From positions 1-40,041 of the IMG/VR virus record IMGVR_UViG_3300046390_000025: a stretch of DNA of 40,041 nt. The stretch is one strand, 5' to 3'. The position numbers and the translations under genes are program-made. The notes below the pieces were generated by a model. The model was not told the origin of the DNA and made no database searches. It saw only the letters and a program-made list of their open reading frames with translations. Positions 32,341 through 39,914 of this stretch are shown piece by piece. Each line of letters starts with the position of its first letter. Position 1 is the first letter of the stretch. This DNA is from a virus.

Positions 32341-33408
32341 TCATTTTTGTACAATTTCCCATTCTTCGGTAGTTGAACTTTTGGAAATAAGGCCGGCTTT
32401 CTCGGCTTTTTTGAGCAGGACAAAGAATGTGCTCCGGGTTACGCCGATTTCCTGGCGGGCACGTTTTTCGAAAGCGTTGGTAATCATGAAACGGTTGCCT
32501 AAGATTCCAACGAGGTCTTCGGGTTTATATCTTGGTTCGCGACCCCGCGGTTTTTTGAGGTCCTGCGGATCCAGGTCACGGCGCGGGACAAAGAGCGGGT
32601 AGTGCCATTCAAGAACGAAGTCAGCGAGCGGAGAGTGGTTGCGCAGGATTGATTCGACAGTGAAACAGTTATCGGTTTCGTGCTTGGTCATGGCCAGGAG
32701 GGTATCGGGGTCGCGCTGGAACACACCCGAGCCGCTGGCCCGGTCAATGGCTTCTTTGTCCGACTGGTTGCCCTTGGTGAAATGGTGCCCGAATGCGTTG
32801 GCGCCCTGGGTGCGCTGGATCAGGTCTTCGAGTTGATCCATCATGACATTGATGTCGCCGGCTGAATTCTCGCTTTTACCGCCGAGCATCTTATAGATCG
32901 GATCGGAGATAACCAAGGGGCACGGGAACCGATCCAGGAGGCTTTCGAGATATTTCAAAAATGCTTCCCAGCGCAGGGGTTCATGGAGTTTGGCTCCGCG
33001 CAGGTGAATGACATGGAAAGCCGAAGGGATAGGGAGGTCTCGGGCCTCGGCGACTTCGACCAGGCGTTGTTCGAAGTAGGGTTTTGAAAGCTCCATGTTG
33101 AGGTAGACCACATGAGTTTGGAAGGTCTGGCGCCCCCACCATCCGGCACCGTTTGAGACCGAGAGCCCCATATCGATGAGGGACCAGGTTTTAAAGCTTT
33201 TGGATCCGCCGGCCAGCTCGAGTTTTTCGGTCAGGGATAAGATGCCGGCAACGATCGGTTCCGGGAGGATTATGTTTGCGCGGCTGATGGTGTTGCCGTC
33301 GATGACCGGGGGAAAACTGTACTGGTCCTGGCCGTTGGTGTTGGGGGAAGAGAGGCCAACGAACCTTTCGGGGTTTTGGGTAAAAGCAGGCATCAGATAA
33401 AAACTCAT
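32341..33408 (-). CDS. RecA-fold ATPase (AAA_25 / DnaB C-terminal-like) with a C-terminal winged-HTH; candidate replicative helicase/initiator
   Basis: LAGGSKSFKTWSLIDMGLSVSNG (P-loop-like, second Gly is Phe), LVISDPIYKML (Walker B-like), FGHHFTKGNQ...RASGSGVFQRDPD. The C-terminus RQEIGVTRSTFFVLLKKAEKAGLI looks like an HTH. ATG 33408 is ATGA-coupled to the upstream gene. Confidence 0.7.
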   Translation of the reverse strand: MSFYLMPAFTQNPERFVGLSSPNTNGQDQYSFPPVIDGNTISRANIILPEPIVAGILSLTEKLELAGGSKSFKTWSLIDMGLSVSNGAGWWGRQTFQTHVVYLNMELSKPYFEQRLVEVAEARDLPIPSAFHVIHLRGAKLHEPLRWEAFLKYLESLLDRFPCPLVISDPIYKMLGGKSENSAGDINVMMDQLEDLIQRTQGANAFGHHFTKGNQSDKEAIDRASGSGVFQRDPDTLLAMTKHETDNCFTVESILRNHSPLADFVLEWHYPLFVPRRDLDPQDLKKPRGREPRYKPEDLVGILGNRFMITNAFEKRARQEIGVTRSTFFVLLKKAEKAGLISKSSTTEEWEIVQK

Positions 33409-33941
33409 TTGGGGATCAGGGAAAGAAAGTGGCCGCCTGAATTGACCCATTCGGCGACACGGTAGGCACGGCCGGCGATCTTGCCTTCGCCGACATAATC
33501 CGGAGCGGACTCGGAGTGCTTGGTTTTATTGGGAACCAGGCGGATATCGCCGCGGTTAAATCGGTAGACGGGCTGATTGGTTTCTCTGCCAAGCGCATAG
33601 GCTTTGAGCATCTCGATGTAGTGGGAGAAAATTTCCTGCTCGGCCTCCGGGCTTGAGCAGCCATAGCGGTATTCCTCGAAGACCTGATTAACGCCCGCCG
33701 CGCCGCCGCAAGCTTCCAGTTGGCCTTGCTCACGCAGGACTGTGACCACGCTGGCAAAATCATGGTCGCCCAGCTCGCGGTATGCCAGGTCGATGGCCGA
33801 GAGAATTTGGCGCAGATGGGGTTGGGTGAAGTGGACGTCTGGATCAAGTTCGCGGTAGACGACGCCGATCCGGTCCGGGTTATAAAAGCAAAGGCTGACC
33901 AGGGCTTGTTCGATTTCCGGGGCGAACGCGAAAGAGTCCAT
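33405..33941 (-). CDS. DnaB N-terminal-domain-like protein (178 aa from ATG 33941)
   Basis: EIEQALVSLCFYNPDRIGVVYRELDPDVHFTQPHLRQILSAIDLAYRELGDHDFASVVTVLREQGQLEACGG follows the DnaB_N pattern. GGAGGA lies 6 nt upstream of ATG 33941. Confidence 0.65.
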   Translation of the reverse strand: MDSFAFAPEIEQALVSLCFYNPDRIGVVYRELDPDVHFTQPHLRQILSAIDLAYRELGDHDFASVVTVLREQGQLEACGGAAGVNQVFEEYRYGCSSPEAEQEIFSHYIEMLKAYALGRETNQPVYRFNRGDIRLVPNKTKHSESAPDYVGEGKIAGRAYRVAEWVNSGGHFLSLIPK

Positions 33942-34176
33942 CTGTATCCTCCGTGCTGATGGTAGAACTTTCCCAGAGTCACTGACCATATTCTTGTTAT
34001 TCCATAGGACGCAATGCCAAAAGAGCCAATTTAAGCCTTCGGGATGCCCGATCCGCTATATCGACCCGTCTTTAGGCTAAAACGCGCTGTAACGGGCGCG
34101 TAGGCACGGGAAAGAGGTGATTTGGCTTGTGCCTGTGCCGGGATTGGGCGAGTATCGGAGCAGTAATCGTTAAAAC

Positions 34177-34356
34177 TCATTGGCCCGTTGCTCCGGTGGC
34201 AGCGGGCTTTTTTTTGGCTCGAGGGGCCAGCGAGCGGACCGGCCGCTCGGGTTTGAGTCCGGCGCGATGCAGCCGGTTGTAATGGGCGTCACAAAGCCCG
34301 CGCGCTTTCATCGGGCGCACGCAGCCGGCCACGCTGCATTTTCGCCATCTAGACAC
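34177..34356 (-). CDS. Possible 59-aa Cys/His zinc-knuckle protein (GTG start; below the track cutoff)
   Basis: My translation: (V/M)SRWRKCSVAGCVRPMKARGLCDAHYNRLHRAGLKPERPVRSLAPRAKKKPAATGATGQ. The CxxxGC-n8-GLCxxHYxR motif is the N-terminal knuckle found in many phage HNH proteins. No HNH core is present. Confidence 0.4.
   Translation of the reverse strand: MSRWRKCSVAGCVRPMKARGLCDAHYNRLHRAGLKPERPVRSLAPRAKKKPAATGATGQ
34183..34215 (+). terminator. Strong plus-strand intrinsic terminator inside a minus-strand region
   Basis: 9-bp stem gcccgttgc/gcagcgggc (one G-T), 7-nt loop tccggtg, then T8. On the minus strand no T-run follows the hairpin. Confidence 0.55.
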
Positions 34357-34534
34357 GTTCTTTCAAAGGCCGGCCGGTGTGATCGCGCTCGACTTGCGGC
34401 AGCTGCTTCCGGCCTTGCGATCGATACAGACCCAGCCAGCAACAGACAAAGTAGACCAGCGCCGCACAGCAAAACAAAATACCGACGCCTAAGCCGATCA
34501 ACAGCAGATCACTGAGCCCGATCTCGGCGTTCAA
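34349..34534 (-). CDS. 61-aa membrane protein
   Basis: LLLIGLGVGILFCCAALVYFVCCWLGL TM span. ATGA-type overlap with the upstream gene. Confidence 0.5.
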   Translation of the reverse strand: MNAEIGLSDLLLIGLGVGILFCCAALVYFVCCWLGLYRSQGRKQLPQVERDHTGRPLKERV

Positions 34535-34719
34535 GACAAATCCTCCAAAAGCTTTTCGCCCAGCGCGATCTTGGCCTGGTGATTGGCCAGGTGCTCGGGC
34601 GTAGCGAACCGCTCCATCAGCTTGGTTCTGGCGCGCAGGTCAGTCTGATATTTGATCAGCGCGCAACAGACATAATCGAGTTCCTCGGGCGTAAACACCG
34701 CGCTTTTAGTGTCTGCCAT
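34531..34719 (-). CDS. 62-aa protein (start moved to ATG 34719; track ORF 34531..34755)
   Basis: MADTKSAVFTPEELDYVCCALIKYQTDLRARTKLMERF... TAATG overlap with the 45-aa ORF upstream. Confidence 0.5.
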   Translation of the reverse strand: MADTKSAVFTPEELDYVCCALIKYQTDLRARTKLMERFATPEHLANHQAKIALGEKLLEDLS

Positions 34720-34856
34720 TATTGGGCCGCCTTTCGCAGTTCGTCGATCTGCCAAGAGAGTTCGTTTAAAAGGTCGTCAAAGCTATCACCGTGCCCGGTG
34801 GCAAAACTGTTCGCAATCATCCAGGCTGCCAACTTCTCAGTTTGATCTTCGCTCAT
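34719..34856 (-). CDS. Possible 45-aa acidic protein (below the track cutoff)
   Basis: My translation: MSEDQTEKLAAWMIANSFATGHGDSFDDLLNELSWQIDELRKAAQ. Fills the gap after the VRR-NUC gene. No clear SD. Confidence 0.4.
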   Translation of the reverse strand: MSEDQTEKLAAWMIANSFATGHGDSFDDLLNELSWQIDELRKAAQ

Positions 34857-34872
34857 ACTTGTAGATTGAATC

Positions 34873-35346
34873 TTATTCGGTCGGTCCATCATTCCACAGT
34901 CGCCAATGCGTCCAGAGCCAGTTCCGGGTTGCCCGGATCCCGACCTCGGCGCTAGACCAGAGTTGCACCTCGGTACCGGTGCGCAGAAACTTTTCTCGCA
35001 TTTCGATCTGCTCCGGCGAGAGCTTGGCGCCGTCCATTTTCATTTCACCCAGCAGCATCCGGCCATCCCGATAAATCCGGAAATCCGGCATTCCTTTGCG
35101 GTTGGTGGTTTTGCGATCGGTCCGGGACCAGTCGAAGGTCAGCTTGCCGGCTTCCTCCTGCAGCATAAGCCAGCTCACCAGCGTTTTCTGTTCGTCGCGT
35201 TCAAGGCGGTGCCAATGCTTGGCTAACGCCTCTTCAGTGGTTAGCCCGGCGTTCGGGTGGCCGATCGAAGCCGCCACAATCTGGCGATCGGCCGGGGCCA
35301 TGCGCTCGAGCTGCTCTTTAGAGAGGCTGGCTGGATCGGTGCCCAT
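34873..35346 (-). CDS. VRR-NUC domain nuclease (157 aa)
   Basis: KGMPDFRIYRDGRMLLGEMKMDGAKLSPEQIEMREKF matches the VRR-NUC core (G.PD...E.K...LS..Q). Confidence 0.75.
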   Translation of the reverse strand: MGTDPASLSKEQLERMAPADRQIVAASIGHPNAGLTTEEALAKHWHRLERDEQKTLVSWLMLQEEAGKLTFDWSRTDRKTTNRKGMPDFRIYRDGRMLLGEMKMDGAKLSPEQIEMREKFLRTGTEVQLWSSAEVGIRATRNWLWTHWRLWNDGPTE

Positions 35347-35546
35347 TAGAGAAGATTCTCCTCCCTGCGCCCGGCGGCTTTAAGCAGGTGCTCGAGGATG
35401 GCCGCCATGAACGCGATTTCCTTATCGGCCTTGTCCTGAGTCATCCGATCATCGGCCACCCACCGCGGATACACCCGTTTGCGCATAAGCAGCTCGCGCT
35501 TGGCGCAGCCGATCATGTCATCCATACTAACGAAGCGTTCGCTCAT
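35346..35546 (-). CDS. 66-aa protein, unknown function
   Basis: ORF packed in the early operon. Confidence 0.55.
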   Translation of the reverse strand: MSERFVSMDDMIGCAKRELLMRKRVYPRWVADDRMTQDKADKEIAFMAAILEHLLKAAGRREENLL

Positions 35547-35548
35547 GG

Positions 35549-35776
35549 CTAGTTATTCTCCGGTGCCGCGCCACCGACCATGTCGGCGTACTTGGCAAAA
35601 AAGCGGTCCTGGCTATGCCTCAGCTCGGAGGAGGCCGCCTCGATCAAAACCCTTTGGGCGGGCGTCGGTTTCGTGTTGCGCAAGGCCAGGATAAGATTGT
35701 ACAGAGTGCCGTGCATCGTGGCCAACTCGGTTGCCAGATCACCGGCCGCCTTCTCGAACAGCTCTTCTTTACTCAT
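35549..35776 (-). CDS. 75-aa helical protein, unknown function
   Basis: ORF packed in the early operon. Confidence 0.55.
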   Translation of the reverse strand: MSKEELFEKAAGDLATELATMHGTLYNLILALRNTKPTPAQRVLIEAASSELRHSQDRFFAKYADMVGGAAPENN

Positions 35777-35846
35777 TGGTGGCCTTCCTTAACGGTACAT
35801 CCCCGACGATCCGGCTATGCGCTTAGTGTGGGAATCTGCAAAATCA

Positions 35847-36983
35847 TCATGGCAAAGTAATTTCAACTAGCGCACGTTTACTCACCCGCTTAAGACTTGG
35901 ATTCGGCATTTTTTCGACCACTACACCTTCCATAATCGCATTAAACTTTTCGCGCAGGTCTTTGCCTTTCAGTCCAACTTTTTTCCCGAATAGCTTTTCT
36001 ACCTGGCCAATCTTGAGATCAATTGCTGCATTCAATTCACCAGGATCCAGGAACTCTGCTAATCGACGCTTTGCTGTCTCGACATCCACGATTTCCCGCC
36101 GTGGCGCATTCGGTATAAGCGCCCATCCCGGCAGATCGTAGGCCGGATCGGCGGTCAATCGTTGAGCATAATGCTCCCGGATTGAATCCAAGTGCTCCTG
36201 AAGCAGTTCGACTTCATCGAGCAGCTTGGCACCCCGCGCGCCATCAGGCAGCGCTGAGACCTGCGTCTTGGCTACTGGGACAATCAAGTTCTTGACCGCT
36301 TGGCAGATATTGATCGCAGGGCAGTAACGACAGGCTTCCGGGCTTGGGGATAGCGGTGCCATCGGGTCCTGGATAGCTCGCAACGTCGCCAGGATCTCGT
36401 TATAGGCCTTGGCCAGCGCAGCCAGGTCATATCTAGCTTCCGTGACGCCGTAGGGCCCAGAAACGATCTGGACAATGACCTCGCGCAACATGCTGGGCAG
36501 GTGCAACGCTACCAGGACCGCCAACATTTTCATTTGGGCGTTTTGCTCGGCTTCAACTGGCTCCCGCCACCCCGTTTTAAAATCCTGCACCAGCGCGACG
36601 GTAGGCGTATAGACGCACCGATCAAATCGGCCGCTGGCCAGCTTCTGACCGTTGACGGTGAGCCATAACCTACGTTCATTAACCTCTAAAGTCGGCTCGT
36701 CCCCGAAAATTCTGCTTATTTGTGATTGGGCCCGCTCCTGCAGAAAATCGGCAGTCTGTTGCTCGGACTCATCAAGCTTGATTTCGGTGCCGTCCTCGTC
36801 GACTTCGCCGGCCAGCCATTTGTGGACCAACTTACCGCGTATAGCTGCAGGCGAACTCACGTGCGCCGATTGGCCCAAAGCCTTAGCCTCGCCCTCAAGC
36901 TGCCAGGAACCCGCGCATAGTTCATACCGGTGCCAGGCTGATGCGCTCGGCAGGCCCAGTCGTTCGTCTGGTGATTCAGTCAT
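35847..36983 (-). CDS. PD-(D/E)XK exonuclease, Cas4/RecB-like with Cys cluster (378 aa)
   Basis: GRFDRCVY...ALVQDFKTGW (D...D-x-K core). One N-terminal Cys (YELCAGSW) plus C-terminal CRYCPAINIC fits the Cas4-type Fe-S arrangement. Confidence 0.75.
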   Translation of the reverse strand: MTESPDERLGLPSASAWHRYELCAGSWQLEGEAKALGQSAHVSSPAAIRGKLVHKWLAGEVDEDGTEIKLDESEQQTADFLQERAQSQISRIFGDEPTLEVNERRLWLTVNGQKLASGRFDRCVYTPTVALVQDFKTGWREPVEAEQNAQMKMLAVLVALHLPSMLREVIVQIVSGPYGVTEARYDLAALAKAYNEILATLRAIQDPMAPLSPSPEACRYCPAINICQAVKNLIVPVAKTQVSALPDGARGAKLLDEVELLQEHLDSIREHYAQRLTADPAYDLPGWALIPNAPRREIVDVETAKRRLAEFLDPGELNAAIDLKIGQVEKLFGKKVGLKGKDLREKFNAIMEGVVVEKMPNPSLKRVSKRALVEITLP

Positions 36984-37060
36984 GATTTTATTTGGTGAAC
37001 CAAGCCCACCAATAGAAGATCGAAAATAAGATAAGAATTGTTAGGTTGAAGAGCATCGCT

Positions 37061-37588
37061 TTAGAAGGGTATATCGTCTGGTTCGACATCCAGATCGGGA
37101 TCTTTACCGGTCAGCGTCTTGCCAATTGCCGCCTGGCTGGCCTTGATCTCACTTTCAGTAAAGCTCTGCCGCGGCGCTTCTGCCGCAGGACCAACCTGTT
37201 TAGGCCGCATGAACCAAGCAACCTTGTTCACCTCTTTGCCGGCCAGCGTTCCCATTTTGGCAATCTCGACTTTGATCCGGCATTTACCTTTAGCCCCGAC
37301 TATCCGATTCCAATCTGGTTCGTCACCAACCTTCGGTGTCCGATTAATCGCTAACAGAAATTCGGCAATGCCGTCCCGGTCCTCGCCGTTCTTATCCGTC
37401 CCGCACCAGGGATTCGCGAATACCGGAACACCCTGTGGCAGAATGGTTAGCTTGACGCCTAAGACAATGTTGCCGCTATCCTTTTCGTAAGGCTCCCCGC
37501 ATTCGGATACCACGAATTGGTAATCGCCTTCCGGCAACGCCCCGAACACCCGAGCCTCCGGTGCACCTTTATATTTGTATATGCTCAT
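37061..37588 (-). CDS. SSB-like / DUF669-like single-strand DNA-binding protein ending in DDIPF (175 aa from ATG 37588)
   Basis: The C-terminus DLDVEPDDIPF matches the bacterial SSB acidic tip. Lies downstream of an AAA_24 ATPase, as DUF669 genes typically do. ATGA overlap at 37588/37585. Confidence 0.65.
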   Translation of the reverse strand: MSIYKYKGAPEARVFGALPEGDYQFVVSECGEPYEKDSGNIVLGVKLTILPQGVPVFANPWCGTDKNGEDRDGIAEFLLAINRTPKVGDEPDWNRIVGAKGKCRIKVEIAKMGTLAGKEVNKVAWFMRPKQVGPAAEAPRQSFTESEIKASQAAIGKTLTGKDPDLDVEPDDIPF

Positions 37589-38421
37589 GAATAGAATTTC
37601 TCGATTCCAGCCTCCAGGGCGGCCCAACTGAATTCCATCGGGCTCTCAAGCTCGTACCGGTTCTTGCTTTCTACCCCGCTCGTTGGCTGAGTGTACATTT
37701 CTCGATCGCCAGAGACTAGCCCACGGCCTTTCTTCGCCTTTGGCGTATCCTTGGCCACGGTGGTTGTCATCCGGGCGAAGAGAATCAAATCAACTGATTG
37801 GCGGATCATTTCCGCTGATTTCGCCTGGATTTTCATTTCCCAGACATCGTAAGCGGTCGCCAACATTGGGTCATTGACTGCGCGCAAATGAGCGTGCCCG
37901 ATTAGCAACACGGTACGGGTCTCGCTGATCACGGTTAAACGCGCTAAAAGCCGATTCCAATATTCTCTACAGCGCAAATTTCCTTTCTGCCAGCCGCCGC
38001 CGTATTCCTCCAACGACTCGACTTTACCTTCCTTACACACCGCATCGGCAATTAAAAGTTCCAAGGCATCCGCCGTATCAATCACCAGCGTCTGGTAATC
38101 GTTCTCTTCCTCCTGAACTGCCTTCAAATAACTGCCAAACTCGGCAAGCGTTTTCGGGGTCGGAAATTTAGCTACTGTGATCTGATCTAACCCACGCTCA
38201 CATGGGATAAAGATCGGGTTAGGGGCTTCGCTAGCAAACGTCGATTTGCCAACCCCAGGCGGTCCGTACAGCACACCAAAGAACGGCCGACGCCGTCTCT
38301 GCTTCGTGATCAGCGAAAGTACGCTGGCTTTCTTCGGCTTAGCCGCCTCGCTCGCCGCCCGCTCGACAAACGGGTTGACCTCTGGCGCTGGTTCAAGCGT
38401 AGTTTGGTTGTCGTTGTTCAT
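37585..38421 (-). CDS. AAA_24 / Sak4-like RecA-fold ATPase (278 aa from ATG 38421)
   Basis: Walker A GVLYGPPGVGKSTFA, Walker B TLVIDTAD. The size and neighbours (SSB-like, nuclease) are typical of Sak4-type recombination modules. Confidence 0.75.
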   Translation of the reverse strand: MNNDNQTTLEPAPEVNPFVERAASEAAKPKKASVLSLITKQRRRRPFFGVLYGPPGVGKSTFASEAPNPIFIPCERGLDQITVAKFPTPKTLAEFGSYLKAVQEEENDYQTLVIDTADALELLIADAVCKEGKVESLEEYGGGWQKGNLRCREYWNRLLARLTVISETRTVLLIGHAHLRAVNDPMLATAYDVWEMKIQAKSAEMIRQSVDLILFARMTTTVAKDTPKAKKGRGLVSGDREMYTQPTSGVESKNRYELESPMEFSWAALEAGIEKFYS

Positions 38422-38423
38422 GG

Positions 38424-38642
38424 TTACTTTATCCAATTGGTCCAGGCTTGGATCTGGGCTTGAGCGCTTTCGGGCGACCAGTAAGGGCCCCAATGCTTTT
38501 GGAAAGCGCCGTCGTGCGATTCATAAATCCAGTGAACCTCGCTCCCGTAAAAGGTGCCTGGAACGATTTGATAAGAGATTGTATGGTGATTTCCGGGATT
38601 GTTGTCCATATTACTCCATAACATCGGATCGTACGGAGTCAA
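38424..38642 (-). CDS. 72-aa Trp-rich protein, first gene after the divergent regulatory region
   Basis: ORF. WIYESHDGAFQKHWGPYWSPESAQAQIQAWTNWIK. Confidence 0.55.
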   Translation of the reverse strand: MTPYDPMLWSNMDNNPGNHHTISYQIVPGTFYGSEVHWIYESHDGAFQKHWGPYWSPESAQAQIQAWTNWIK

Positions 38643-38817
38643 CTTAAGTTTTTTATGAATTTAAACTGACAACCGTGAGATAACGTCGGACCAACCACGT
38701 AATGTGGCTTGACCGAGTGCGTCCTTCTGATGCCGCTTGCCGGTCAATTCGCTCTTTCCAGCCGATCGGCACGGTGATCGAAATGCTTTTTGTCTTTCGT
38801 TTTTTCATTTAATAGCC

Positions 38818-38836
38818 GAATATTATGGAATATTAT
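38818..38836. promoter_or_regulatory. Direct repeat GAATATTAT x2 (10-bp period) just upstream of the RHH gene; candidate operator
   Basis: GAATATTATgGAATATTAT at 38818-38836, 11 nt before ATG 38847. Also palindromes GCCGATCGGC (38761-38770) and CCACgtaatGTGG (38693-38705) in the same 200-bp gap. Confidence 0.3.
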
Positions 38837-38846
38837 TTTTCGCTCT

Positions 38847-39104
38847 ATGACTAAAAAGCTGCCCAAACACCACGCCGGCCAAGTCCGGCGCACGGTAAGC
38901 CTGTCGATCTCGGTCCCGGTCGAGCTGGAAGCTCCGCTGAACCAGGCCGCCGCCCACCGCGGCATGAACCGGAGCCAGTTCGTCTGCTGGCTGGCCACCA
39001 ACTACCTCTACCTGCAACGCGGCCAGTTGCCCCCGGAACCGCTCCCGGCAGAATTGCCGCCACTGCCCAAGGCACCACCACGGGTTCGGCGCAAAGTATC
39101 ATAA
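38847..39104 (+). CDS. Ribbon-helix-helix (CopG/Arc/MetJ-type) regulator (85 aa from ATG 38847)
   Basis: RRTVSLSISVPVELEAPLNQAAAHRGMNRSQFVCWLA is a typical RHH strand-helix-helix. On the opposite strand to the flanking early genes. Confidence 0.7.
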   Translation: MTKKLPKHHAGQVRRTVSLSISVPVELEAPLNQAAAHRGMNRSQFVCWLATNYLYLQRGQLPPEPLPAELPPLPKAPPRVRRKVS

Positions 39105-39326
39105 ACGCTTACCTCCTTTAAGCCCCTGCTTAGCCCACCAGTCTTCCAGGATATCGCGCTTAAATCGCCACTGGCCCCAGGGTTTGCGTTGGAATCCACC
39201 TGGGATCGCGCCCGTTCTGGCATCGCGACGAACCGTTTGTTTATCAAATCCTAGTGCCTCAGCAACCTCGGCAACCGACAGAGTCTTCCGTCGATCAAGC
39301 GGACTGAGTAAAGTATCGGATGTCAT
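39099..39326 (-). CDS. Excisionase-family / MerR-like HTH DNA-binding protein (75 aa)
   Basis: LSVAEVAEALGFDKQTVRRDARTGAIPGGFQ...WRFKRDILEDWW matches the excisionase-type helix-turn-helix pattern. Confidence 0.7.
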   Translation of the reverse strand: MTSDTLLSPLDRRKTLSVAEVAEALGFDKQTVRRDARTGAIPGGFQRKPWGQWRFKRDILEDWWAKQGLKGGKRL

Positions 39327-39441
39327 ATTTCAGCTCTTTTGAGCGCTTTGATCTTTGCACAGAGAATTTGCTGTTTTTCCCTGCGAACGGTTTTGCCCTG
39401 GAGCTGCGAACAGAATCGCCTTCGAGAAAGAAATCTTGACG

Positions 39442-39747
39442 CTATTGGATCGCGTCGTACAGGCACGAAAGCAACAGCACCACCGAAACCAGCCATGCGA
39501 GCATTTTTTCTAGGACGAAATATCTGGCCATAATGCGCTTTTCCGGGGCAATCAGTTTAAGGCGCAATCCTGCTTCGAACGCCCAGCTTTGAGCGATGTG
39601 AATAACTGCCGCGATGAGGTCTTCTGGATATCGTGGCTTGTGCTTCCGATCGAAAAGAACAGTGCCTCTGCCGTACAATCGGCTGAAAGCTAATGCTTCC
39701 GCTTCTGGAAAGCGTTCGCGAATCCGTTCACGAAGCCACGTATCCAT
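39442..39747 (-). CDS. 101-aa protein with a C-terminal hydrophobic segment; first gene of the leftward early transcript
   Basis: ORF. C-terminus MLAWLVSVVLLLSCLY. Confidence 0.5.
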   Translation of the reverse strand: MDTWLRERIRERFPEAEALAFSRLYGRGTVLFDRKHKPRYPEDLIAAVIHIAQSWAFEAGLRLKLIAPEKRIMARYFVLEKMLAWLVSVVLLLSCLYDAIQ

Positions 39748-39914
39748 CAGTAATGCGAAAAAGTATAAACAATTCCGGGATATCCCCTACCCGGACCTAA
39801 GGTGTGAATAACCTTTTCTTACGAATTCGAAAAAAAGATCGATTTCTGGCGGAAAGTTGGCAGAAATCGCTTTACGACTAATGATTTCTTAAGTAGAAAA
39901 CGCAAGACGCCGTT

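Noticed and set aside
32120-32362. 80-aa ORF with SPISPISPI repeats
   Set aside because: It is a translation artefact of the TTATCGGAC iterons. The region is better explained as non-coding repeat DNA.
34180-34515. 111-aa plus-strand ORF (TTG start)
   Set aside because: It is Arg/Ala-rich, antisense to two plausible minus-strand small genes, and begins inside a terminator hairpin.
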